A stretch of 64,000 nt of DNA, taken from assembly GCA_010909165.1 (NCBI GenBank), contig MU008158.1:707478-771477 (forward strand). The letters are read 5' to 3'. The stretch's first letter is position 1. Every line of letters begins with the position of its first letter. This document shows positions 1 through 10,158 of this stretch, in pieces. This DNA comes from Anthoceros angustus (lineage: Eukaryota > Plantae > Anthocerotophyta). The position numbers were made by a program, and so were the translations under genes. Under the pieces are notes generated by a model. It did no database searches. It saw only the letters and a program-made list of their open reading frames with translations, and was not told the origin of the DNA.

Positions 1-999
1 ATCTCGATTAAAAGGAAATTAGGATAGGGGATATCCACTATATATATGCTCACCAATAGGAGATAAATATATAGAGTAATTAGCAAGCGATTAATTAGCG
101 ATAGCGGATGATACCGGGCATAAAGTAAGCCGATTTAGATAGAAGTTGGTAATTTAGAATGATGAACCCGGAAATACTAGGGTTGTGGAAAGCCTCAGGT
201 AGCAATCATCGAGAAGGAAGGCAAAGTGCAGCTTTGGGCAACACCAACTTTCTCTCCAGACCAGGCGGCTTCGCCATAGCAATTTGTTTGGAGCGTAATA
301 GGGAAGCGCCAAAGAAGAAGAAGGAAGGGAGGCTACAAATGCCTCTTGCTGCCGCGAACTCATGCAACAAAGGGAGGACGCCAAGACGAGCTGAAATGTC
401 ACAACAGAGAGGAAACCCTAGCTAGGCTAAGGGAAGAAGCATAAAGGAGGCGAGGCACTAAAAAGCGCTCTAGGAACGGCCGAGGAGCTTACCGGACAGC
501 ATCGAGGTGGCGGTGAGCTGCGGTCTACAGTGCTGGGCAAATCTGGAGGGGCGATGGCAGGAGGCGCCAAGTCGGAGCGCATGTGATCTCGCGATGTGGA
601 AGGAAGGGCGCTAGGAGGAATATCACGACACCTCGGCGCGACACTGCCTTACCAGAGGAGGAAGAACCACGAAGAGGAGGTTGGCGTGAATATTTGGAGA
701 ACTCGAGCTGTGTATAACGTGTGTGTTGCGGTATGCGGTGTTGTTAATCCTGGCTGGAAGTGTAGGGCAGAGAGGGCACGGGCGCAGCAATGGAGGCGGT
801 CAGGCCGAAATTGGAAGGAAGGGCTGAAGGAAGGCGCAAGTCACTCAGGCGAGGCGCCCTCGCGTTGAAGAAAAAGGAGGGAAGAAGCTGGTGGGAAGCA
901 AACCCGGTGAGGCATAACCTTGAATTTTGTGATAAGGGGTTGCTTTCCACAAAGGGTGTTTCTTGGTGAGGCACTAGAAGCCGAGAGAACTCAGCACTT

Positions 1000-3270
1000 G
1001 GGAGTAATTCCACTCCCTAGCAACATTTGGGAAGAACGCCACCATGCCTCGAGAAGGAAAGAGCAAGGGAAGGAACCACTGCCAAAGGTTCCTCCTCGCA
1101 AGAGGAGGAAAAGGAAGAAGGCGGCGTGAGGTTGGGCCGCCGAGGAGGTGGTCGAGATGCCCCAATTCACTGTTTTGCGGGCAGCTCAATCCCATGATTT
1201 GGTCGATTTCCGGCAATGGGCGAGAAAGATAACATCCAATTGGGATGGGTGTATAGCGCCAATGGGCCTACACCAATTTGGAATTGATTGAGGTGTTGTC
1301 AACCTCCATCAATGAGCGACCACCATTATGGGAGAAAGCCTGGGAGCGATCCTCGGCTGGCTGAAGATCCAAGCATTCGACAAGTGTATGGAAGGCGGAG
1401 GAGATCCTGGGGCTCTCCTCGAGAGGACAATGGAGGAAGAGGATTGCCCTCTCGAAATTCCATGAGATCCTCGTCATGATGGATGGAGGTGAAGGCCCAT
1501 GCCAAGAATGGCTGGAAAACGGATAGTATCAAGGAGTAGCTCTTTGCAAAAATTGTGTTGGGGTTGGTGAATTACCAAAAGGACTTCTTATTTCCTTTCA
1601 ACTTCCTCCGGTTTTGTGGAAGATTTCAATAGGAGCCAAGCGGATTGGGGACAATCATGTATGCATACCACCACGAGCTCCTTGGGCCAAATTCGTGGAT
1701 GAAGAGGCCAAGGCCACTACTCGGCACCTATTTGGTGCATTTATGGGGAAACGGAGGGACTCTTGACCAGCAAGGAGCTTGAGGATGCTTGGCATCCTTT
1801 GAAATCATCCACCTCCAAGCTTGGAGGCCTCTACCCTTTGAGGAAGACCATGGGAGGCGGACCTCCTAAGCACACGGGACCCGAGTTGAGGGGTGGAGGC
1901 AATAAGGTTGGGGTAGAACCTTTCCCCACAAGAGGGGGGAGGAGAAGAGCAAGATCGAAGGAGGGCCAAGTGGTAGTTTATGAGAAGAACTACCCCAAGG
2001 GTGGAGAGTCCCCACCATTGCATGGGTGCCTAGGGAAGAGGCACCCGGTGGTGGAGGCAGCCTACCAGTGGTGGGCGGACTACCGTGGTAGGCGATCGAC
2101 CTACGGTGGTAGGCGGACTACATGGTAGAGGCAGCCTACAGCGGTGAGGCACCAGCCCGTGGCGACTCTGACGGTAGGGAAGGAAGGAGAACAGCGAGGC
2201 GCAGCGGCGCCCGGGCCACCTCACCCGCTGGTGGGAGGCGGATGGGGCGACCGTGGGACCCGCGCCGCCATGGATCTTGAGGGGCTGGAGATTTCCAGCA
2301 AGAGGCAGGCTTTGGGCCCTAGGAGACTTGAGTGCTTGTGAAGCACTCGGCCGTGTAGAAGGGGCTAGGGAACTAGCAGCCTCCTTGTGGGCATGTCGGA
2401 GGAAGTCAAGGCCAGGAGATGGCCGAGAGGAGGCGGGGACAAGTGGCGGGAGGCCATGGAGTCCGACGAGAAGGCAGCCAAGTTGGAGAAGGTGAAAGCT
2501 TGATGACCTTGTATGTGGATCAGCAGTAGCGGAGAAGGTCCGAGGAAGGTTGTCACAAGCGGAGGAGAGAGCCATTGACGACAACCCAAGGACTCTTGGA
2601 GGCGAGGCGGAGGAGCATTTTGCCCAATTAGAGCAAAATGGAAGGGCAAAACGGAGGCTCTAGGAAGGGAGAAGGTGGTGGTCCAGCAAATGGGCCTTGA
2701 GGAGCAGTGATGGCTACCCAAGCCATCAAAATCCGGGATATGGAGGAAGAATTGCGGAGGACCCGTGGAAGAGCGGAGCTGAGCTCAAGAGCTGCAGGAG
2801 GCGGAGGCCTTGAGGCGTGCGCGGAGAAGGAGGGCTTGCCAAGCTAGCGGAGGCGAAGGAGGTCCCAGAGGAGGAGCACCACAAGAAGGGTGCAGGATCT
2901 GGTGGTGAGAGCAAGATTTTGGGCGGACTATGCCCTTCAAAAATTAACCGGGGAAGCAAGGGAGAATGTGACCTCCATGTGAAGGTGGGAGAATTGACCA
3001 CCTCGAGACCTACAAGGGTAGGTGTGAAGATGGAGAGTGGCCCACGGAGATTGATGATCTCCAGATGTAGTATCATAGCTTGGGGCTCACCTCCAGATTT
3101 TGAAGGCCAACAACAGGTGTTGCGGTTGGCCAAGGAGGACATAGGTCCTCATGATGATGGGAAGGAGTTGCAACAGTGCGGAGGCCTCGGACTTTGATGA
3201 GGCCACGGTGACATGGACTCAGGAGTCAGGAGAATCGGAGGTGAGGCCCGTGGCGCCCAAGGTGGAAGAT
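1000..3270 (+). mobile_element. Degenerate extra (non-gag/pol) ORF region of a Ty3/Gypsy element, family A
   Basis: Purine-rich, frameshifted, E/R/K-rich coding-like sequence. Translated patches near 1640-1760 (IGDNH, TYLVHLWG) resemble patches of the minus-strand copy near 37180-37350 (LGDNL, PFLIHVWG). Boundaries are approximate. Confidence 0.5.
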
Positions 3271-3279
3271 GGCGGAGAG

Positions 3280-4270
3280 GAGGAGGAGGGCAGCCCGCCT
3301 CACAGAGTCACCTACCACGGTGTGACCGACCTACCATGGTAGACAGCCACACTCAGCCCTTGATCACCGGACTACGGTGAAAGTGAGGCGTGGCTGTGAG
3401 GTCGGGCAGGAGGCCAGCGTGAATGAAGGAGCAGGGGGTCGGTAGTATACCCCAGGCGAGGTGGTGGGAGACAACCCCACGGAGGAGACTAAGGGCAGGT
3501 GGGATCGAGGAAGGAGGGTAAATTTCCCTCACCCGCGGACAAGGGAGGAAGGGGCTAGGAGAGGAGACAGCATGCAAAGGCCGAGGGTTAGTGACAACGT
3601 TGGAGGAGAAGGATCCTTTGAAGACATGCTCCATGATAGGTATGGACAAATCAAGCAGGGAAAGGAGCAAAAGGAAACCGCAAGTCACCGTGAAAAGGAA
3701 GAAAAGGAGATAGGGATCGAGACTACCATGGTAGGTAGTCAACTACGATGGTGCACACTACCCGCGGATGATGGAGAATCGGCGCCAAGCGGGAGGGCGC
3801 TGGAGGAAGGGGCAAGGGTCTTGCCCGCAAGCTAGGAAGAAGGCAGGATCAGGAGGGGACGGGGAGCAAAGGGCGGAGCCAATCACAGGAGGAACACCCC
3901 AGCAAGATGAGGACTAGATGGTCAAAGACCATAAATGATGCGAGGAAGAATAGGAAGGATAGATGTGTGGTGACATCCTTTAAGGATGATCTTGGGTGAA
4001 GTTACTAGAATAGAATTTACCGGCAGACGGAGACTTAGATGCAGGTCTTAAATCTTGGCGGTGGGAAATAATAGAATATTGGAAAGGTGACTGCGGTAGG
4101 GTCACCTAAGAGGATTGTATGTGGAAGGCCTCCTATAAGAGGAGGAGGATTTCCAAGTAAAGTATCATGTCTTGCGCTTCCATACTCCAAGTCCTTTGCT
4201 CTAAGGAATTTCCATCTTTAAGTGAGCCAAGCAATCACGGGTAGAAAGGTGTTCGGAGTGCTTGGTGCGT
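3280..4270 (+). repeat. About 1-kb LTR-like dispersed repeat, family B
   Basis: Its reverse complement is found at 9449-9980 plus 16391-17125 (e.g. GTGGAAGGCCTCCTATAAGAGGAGGAGGATT near 4121 vs AATCCTCCTCCTCTTATAGGAGGCCTTCCAC near 9635). It has a TATAAG box followed by AGTAAAGTATC, as in the family A LTR. Confidence 0.7.
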
Positions 4271-4274
4271 CGGC

Positions 4275-5050
4275 ATGACAAAGGCTCACCCAAGAGGTGT
4301 CGGAGGCCGCCTTAAGGCGGCATCAGTCTGCCCGGCCCGGGCAAGCCCAGCGGCGGAGACGTGTCCAATGAGCCGGACAACATGCCCACCGCCGAGCACT
4401 CCTGGAGGAGAGGGGGTACGGTGCCCGGCCCATGTGGAGGAGCATTCAACAAGTTGATTCGAGACTTTTCCTACTACACGCAGAAGCTCCTCAAGGCCCT
4501 AGAGGTCTTGCGCCACCCCAGATGGAGCGGACTCCCGGGCAGGTGGAAGGAGGCGGGAGGAAGGCCCCGGAGACAGTACGGCAACCGGGACCTTAGGAGC
4601 ACTGTTCGGCGACGACAATAGCAGCGGAGAGGGGGAGCAGCTAGAGGAGCAGGACGCAAGGGATGTCGCTGCGCCTGAGGTAAGCACTCCGCACCCCACC
4701 ACGGAAGGGAGGGAGGAGGGCCCTGGGGAGGCCGTAGAAGGAGCGGGTCTGGGAAACCTGGACCAGAGCGAGGGCCCGGTGGGTGAGGATGAACCTTTGT
4801 AGTCCAGAGGCGCGCCCCAAGGACTCCATGCACGGACCACGAGGTCCCGGATTCGGAGAAGACCGGACCCCGAGAGGGACCCGGACCCCGGAGGCGGAGT
4901 CCGGACCCCGAGGTCCGACTCCGGAGACCCGGGCCACGAGGTCCGACTCAGAGAGCCGGACTGGAAGTCCGGACTCCGGAATCGAGACTGGACCTTGAGG
5001 TCTAGACTCAGGGAGCAGAAGGGAGTCACCAATCACCTGCCCTGACAGAA
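4275..5050 (+). mobile_element. 3' part of the family A extra ORF plus GC-rich subterminal tandem repeats
   Basis: Encodes HVEEHSTS and DFSYYTQKLLKALEVLRHP across a frameshift, homologous to HVEEAIQQVNSDFAYYHAELLKALEVVPHPL at 39706-40110 (-). Followed by TCCGGA-rich repeats at 4840-5000. Confidence 0.7.
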
Positions 5051-5104
5051 CCATCTCTTAGAGGGCCCATGAACAAGGGCCCACTAGCCAGGCAAGAGAG
5101 GAGG

Positions 5105-5950
5105 GGGAGGAGGACTTAGTGGTGACCGTGTTGTCAGGCCACCGCTGGTGGCTCAGCCTGACAGAGTCTCGGGAAGGGGTAGGGGCCCCGCCTCGCGGAT
5201 CATCCGATTGGGTGCGCCGCAGTTGTCAGGGCTAGGGCTTGGGCTGCCGGTAAGGCGGGCCAGGGAACCCCGCCCGGCCAGGCGTAGATAGGTGAATAAG
5301 GAGATAGTAGGCGGCGGCAAGGGCCCGGCGGCCACTGACTCGAGAATAGGAGTGTAATAAAGGCGCCGACCTTGGTAGTATAAGAAGGCTCTCTAGTAAA
5401 GTATCTTTCTCTTGGTGTGATACTGCGTTTCTTGCAGACCTTGTGCGTCTTCTTGCTAACGTGAGTCTGAGTCAGCGAGCAGCGGCTCGGAGGATTGATC
5501 AAGGTCCCAGTGATGGACCCTAATGGGTGGTGGTGTGTAGGGACGCGAGGGGAACTGCGTCGAGGCGGGACCGGCGTTGGGCGGCCGGGCGTGAGCCGGA
5601 GGAACTCGGGAGGTGTAGAGCCGGACGGAGGCCGGAGAGCAGCGGAGGAGGTCCGGACCACGCGCCACCGCCTTTTCCAAGAGCGATGAGGGTGGCGAGT
5701 GATAAGAGGAGCGGACTAGAAGAGCAGGGCGAATGATACGGACGTGAGCGAGGTCCTTAAACGTTTGGCCACACATTCGGTGGGCGTTGTAGTTAGTCTA
5801 AAGCGATAAGCGTGTGTTTGAGTCGAAGCGGTCGCGTTGAGGTGAAAGCGATTGAAAGCGACAAGCGGGCCTATCATTCTCTTGGAGCGGACTCCTTACT
5901 ACAACGACGGGATTGTGCGCCCGGTGGCCGTCGGCGAAAGTCGCGCCACA
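5105..5950 (+). repeat. LTR of the Gypsy family A element (about 845 bp)
   Basis: Preceded by a polypurine tract (AAGAGAGGAGGGGG, about 5095-5108). Contains AATAAA and TATAAG, ends in ...GCCACA at 5950 and is followed by a PBS. Homologous inverted copies lie at about 33880-34850 and 38400-39193. Confidence 0.7.
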
Positions 5951-5953
5951 TTT

Positions 5954-5968
5954 TGGCGTTGCCGGGGA
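5954..5968 (+). promoter_or_regulatory. Primer-binding site, tRNA-Asp type (Athila-like)
   Basis: CA-TTT-TGGCGTTGCCGGGGA resembles the recalled tRNA-Asp PBS TGGCGCCGTTGCCGGGGA with a short deletion, and sits directly after the LTR end. Confidence 0.65.
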
Positions 5969-6129
5969 ATGAGATCGCTCCGTAGCATGGTGGAAGGTAA
6001 GTGTGGATGCGTGAGGGGCGTGGGTTGAGTGCGGTGAGGCGGCCGAGGCACTCGAGCTCGAGGGAACGTGAGAGGCGGCAAGCTCAACGTGAGAGTTCCA
6101 GTCGGCAGGTAAGGACGGTAGATTTGTCA

Positions 6130-9100
6130 GACCGTGAGGAGGACGTAGTACAAAGTCGAGGCGGTAGGCGGTTCCTCAACCGCTGGCGCGGCGATGGCGG
6201 CAGCGTTGACAAAGCAAGCATACTCCCTCTTTGGGGGAAAGAAGGAGCGGGATGCGGAAACTTTCATGGAGGATTTCGTGTCGGCGAACTCGGAAGGCTC
6301 GACGCAGCTCATTTGTTCGGGGTTCTTGAGGAGCAGCGCGGTGGTGGAGAATGCACCCACCCGCCCCTGCGACCTTTGAGCGAAGGATGCCTTCAAGAGG
6401 TTCGTGGAATCGACCAGGAAGGCTACGTCCTGTCTAAGCTCGAGAATCTGAAGCGAGGCAAGACGGAGAAGTTGGGATCGTACATCGAACGGTTCTACGC
6501 CCTCCGGGACCGGCACCCCACCCACACCACCATGCAGGCGGTGCGATGGTTCGCGGCCGGCCTACCCAAGCCAATGGCCAAGCATGTGCTGCTGCTCGCA
6601 GAGAAGGATGTGAGTAAGGCGGTCCGAGCGGCGGAGAACTACGAAGAATCGATGCACCAACGAAGGACGAGGACGCCTCAAGGAGGGAAGAAGAAAAAGA
6701 AGAGACGGGGATCGGAATCAAGATGAAGAGCCCTCGGAGGAGGAGGAGGAGGCGAGGCACTTGAGGAAGAGGAGGAGATCTCAGGAAGAATCCGAGCTCT
6801 GGAGGAGAGGAGGAACTCGCCCAGAAATAAGAAGAAGAAGCCCGTGGTGAAGCGGAGGTGAAGAAGGAGTCGTGATGCACCGTGCGAGAGGTTCCACGAT
6901 CCGACCCCTTGAAAGTAGCGGGTTTGAGGAAGATGGAGGCGGGTAATGAAGAGGGTGGAAGAATTGACGATCAACGGTGAAGGATCGAGGCGGAGCCACC
7001 ACAGTTCGGACCCATCTATGGTGCGGTGTGCCACCAGCATGGGCATTCAAAGGCTAAGCCTCCGGACCCGTGAACCAAGTGGAAATGCGACTACGGGAAG
7101 AGTCAGGAGGTGGGAGGGCGCTACCAAGTGCGAGAAGCACCTCGGGCGCGATATATCCAAAAGCGATGTACCCTACTGGCGGACCATCCATGCACCGCCC
7201 TCGATGCAACCTCGCATGGAGCACCTCGAATTCTTGAGGCGGTGGTCTGGGCTGGGAACCCGGGCATTATTCCCCACCCGCAGGTAGAGATTTTGAGCAG
7301 CTGTGTGGGGATTGCAGGAGGCGGGGCATATGGCGGCGGTACCGTGTCCGAACCTCGCTCAAGGGCAGTGCGCTATGCCACGGTGGAGGCGACCGCCTCC
7401 CCTCCAAGGCCGCCCGGTGCTCTGATTGAAGATGCACGGTGGCGGAGTGGGAGGAGGCACCAAGGGAACTTGGACGGAGTGGCAAGCGGTTTTGCTAAGG
7501 AGAGGGAGGTGGCTCAGAGGTCTGGAGGTGTCAACCGGTCGCGAGAAGGAGCGAAAGGAGAGAAGGCGGTGAAGAGGAAGAAGAATGGAGAGCACCACGG
7601 ATCGGAGGAGGTGCTCCCTCAAAGGGAGGAACCCGGCAAGGAAGGCGAGTTGGATCGGGCAACTCTACCGGAGGAATCACCGAAGAAACCACAGGCGGCA
7701 GAAGGACGACCCACCCAAGGTAACACCCGTTTCCGGATGTGGTTCGTGAGGGAGATGCTTGAGGAGATCCGGCGGGACCGGAGGTGGTCCGCCACCAGCA
7801 ATGGCGGAGGCTAGGACACGCGGACACGACGCGTGAGGAGCTGCCCGCGTTCAAGGTGGCCGACTTGATGATGAACCAGTACACTGGTGTCGTTTGTTGT
7901 TAAGAGACAATCAGTCAAGAAGTCGAGGGCCATCAAGGAGACACAACCGTGCGCTTGGTCGTGAACCAAACGTGGAGGTAAGGTGGTATCCATCTGAGAC
8001 CGGGCGCGGTGGTTCAAGTGGAAATCGGGTGCGTGATCAAAAACCACGGACACGGGTCGAGTCAACCTCATCGGAAGCCACGAGGCGGTTGGGGTTCCAC
8101 CTTGAGCCATCCACCAAAACCCTCGGATGGCGGACATGTCGAGCAGCCGGAGTCCGAGTCCAAGCAACCATAGCGGGGCTACACCTTGGACTTTGTGGTC
8201 ATCAAGCCGCGGACCTCAAGTGAGTCTGTTGGGGCGTCCACAGCTCGGACTCGGACAAAACTACACTTGGAAGGAAGGAGATCCATTTTAAACCAATCGT
8301 GGGATCAGAAGGTAAGAAGGGCATAGCGATCACAGAGCAAGGACACATCTGCGAAACCATAAGCACCACGGAGGGTACATCCGGCGAGGGGCGGTGGGAG
8401 CGATGAGCGAGGACACGAGGCGCCTACCTTTCCAAAATCTCGTGGTCGGAGGAGGAGATGGACTACAGGAGGGACGCCTTTGGAGCGGAGGTCGTCAACT
8501 GCTTCCAGGTGGAGGCCATGCCAAGCCAGGGGGACGAGGACACGGAAGAGGGCCCACCGGACGTCGAAAAGGGCGGAGCCGGAGGAAGTGACCCGTTTTA
8601 CTTCGGACGAACTTTTCCGAGAGTGGGGAATGCGGGAGGATGAACCTCGGATGGAGGATGACGGCTTTGGGCTGACGGCTGAGAAAGGGAGGCAGTCAAT
8701 CCGGCGATGTGGAAGATGTGGAGGTCCGACTGGCAAGTTCCTAAAATTCCGTGAGGTATGCCGTGAGTTGAGCGAGACCTCACACGATTGGGGAGTTCAG
8801 GTGTGTTTGCCTTCAAGGTCACGGATATGAAGGCATTCCAAAGCGTTAGAACAGGATAGACCTAAGCGGTGCGGTGCTGTTCGGATTGACGGTATAAAGC
8901 TGAATCCTAAACACTCGCTAAGGTCAAGGAGGTCTGGACAAATATTTGGAGGCGGACATCATCTTTCCAATCGTGAGCAATGAATGGGTAGCACCATTGT
9001 CTGGTGCCCAAAAGCAAGGCGGATCCGTCTGCGATTGGAGAAGCTCAATGCACCAGAAGGACCACTTCCCATGCCCTTCGTGGATGACATCTTTGGACAA

Positions 9101-9150
9101 GGTGGCGGGCCGACTTACTCCTTCCTAGATGGATACTCGGCTACAACCAG
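6130..9150 (+). mobile_element. Frameshifted Ty3/Gypsy gag-protease-RT remnant
   Basis: Gag patches (FGGKKERDAETFMEDF; LSKLENLKRGKTEKLGSYIERFYALRDR), a protease-like DTG..VNLI near 8045-8070, and an RT N-terminus (ADIIFPIVSNEWVAP, KDHFPMPFVDD, YSFLDGY...YNQ at 8950-9150). The sequence breaks off inside RT. Confidence 0.85.
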
Positions 9151-9245
9151 CACCTAAAGTCGGATGGTTTCAATTCTTCTCGTAGTTCTTCTGGTATGNA
9201 CGCGCTTCGGGTCGCTCGCTACGTATCGGGAAAGCGCCCGCGGCA

Positions 9246-9431
9246 TCATGCCGGCACGCCTTGCAGCGGCGCTTCGGACCGGATTGGATTGCTCAACGTT
9301 CCGATGCCCTCGATTTCGATCTCACCACGTCGCCCTCGTGCGCAGACCGCGGGCTTGCGTGCGTAACCGACGCCCGCGGGCGTGCCCATCACCAATAGGT
9401 CGCCGGGCTCGAGCGTCATCGCCTGCCGAGG
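9246..9431 (-). other. Bacterial-type fumarylacetoacetate hydrolase (FAH) family C-terminal fragment
   Basis: Encodes [25 protein letters not shown]...(GDVV)[14 protein letters not shown], the typical FAH-family C-terminus. The stop overlaps a downstream ATG (ATGA at 9249-9246), and a single N lies at 9199. Confidence 0.8.
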
Positions 9432-9448
9432 TTCCCCGGCATTGCCAC

Positions 9449-9980
9449 ACACCCAGAGCAAAGCAATTTCACAAAGAACCATTCACAAGGAGCAACTCGC
9501 TTAGGCACTTGCAGGAGCAAGCCTCCACCAAGCACTCCGACCACCGCGACTTCCTCTCATGACGTGGCTCACACCTGCACGAAATTCCTTTAAAGGACCT
9601 CGAGTATGGAAGCAAGACATGATGCTTTACTTGTGAAATCCTCCTCCTCTTATAGGAGGCCTTCCACATACAACCTCCCTTGGGTGACCCTACTGCAGGT
9701 CACCTTTTCCAATATTCTATTATTCCCTACCGCCAGCATTTAAGGCCTGGCATCTAAGTCTACTGTCTAGTTCAGGGTAAATTCTATTCTAGCAACTTCA
9801 CCTAAGATCATCCTTAAAGGATGTTAGCTTATCTCACCTATTCTTTCTATTCTCCTACTCAACATTTATGGTCTTTGACCATACCTAGTCCTCACCTTGC
9901 TGGGATAGTGGCGTGTCCTTTGTGGATTGGCTCCCTCGCCCTCCTTTTGCTCTCGCCCCTTCCCAGATCCTGTCGTCTTC
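9449..9980 (-). repeat. Family B LTR-like repeat, distal part (interrupted by Copia)
   Basis: Reverse complement of about 3840-4270. The rest continues after the Copia insertion at 16391. Confidence 0.75.
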
Positions 9981-10158
9981 TGTAAGTAATGGCAAGCGTG
10001 GCTAGCTAGAGCAGTGAGCGAGAGCAAAACACTTGCACAGAAAAACTTATCAAATAAATGTGAAAGTGTAGCTTAAATACAATGAATAAATAACGGTTCA
10101 TATAAAGCTAACCTAACCCTAACTTAAGTAACCAGCAAATGTGGTTATCAATTTAACA
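9981..10158 (-). repeat. 3' LTR of the Copia element
   Basis: TGTAAG...TTTAACA; 3 differences from 16213-16390. Confidence 0.95.

Noticed and set aside
9147-9198. CAGCACCT plus about 45 unexplained bases as a nanopore barcode or adapter remnant
   Set aside because: CAGCACCT overlaps the RT YNQ codons and the orientation does not fit the barcode layout I recall. It cannot be supported without a screen.
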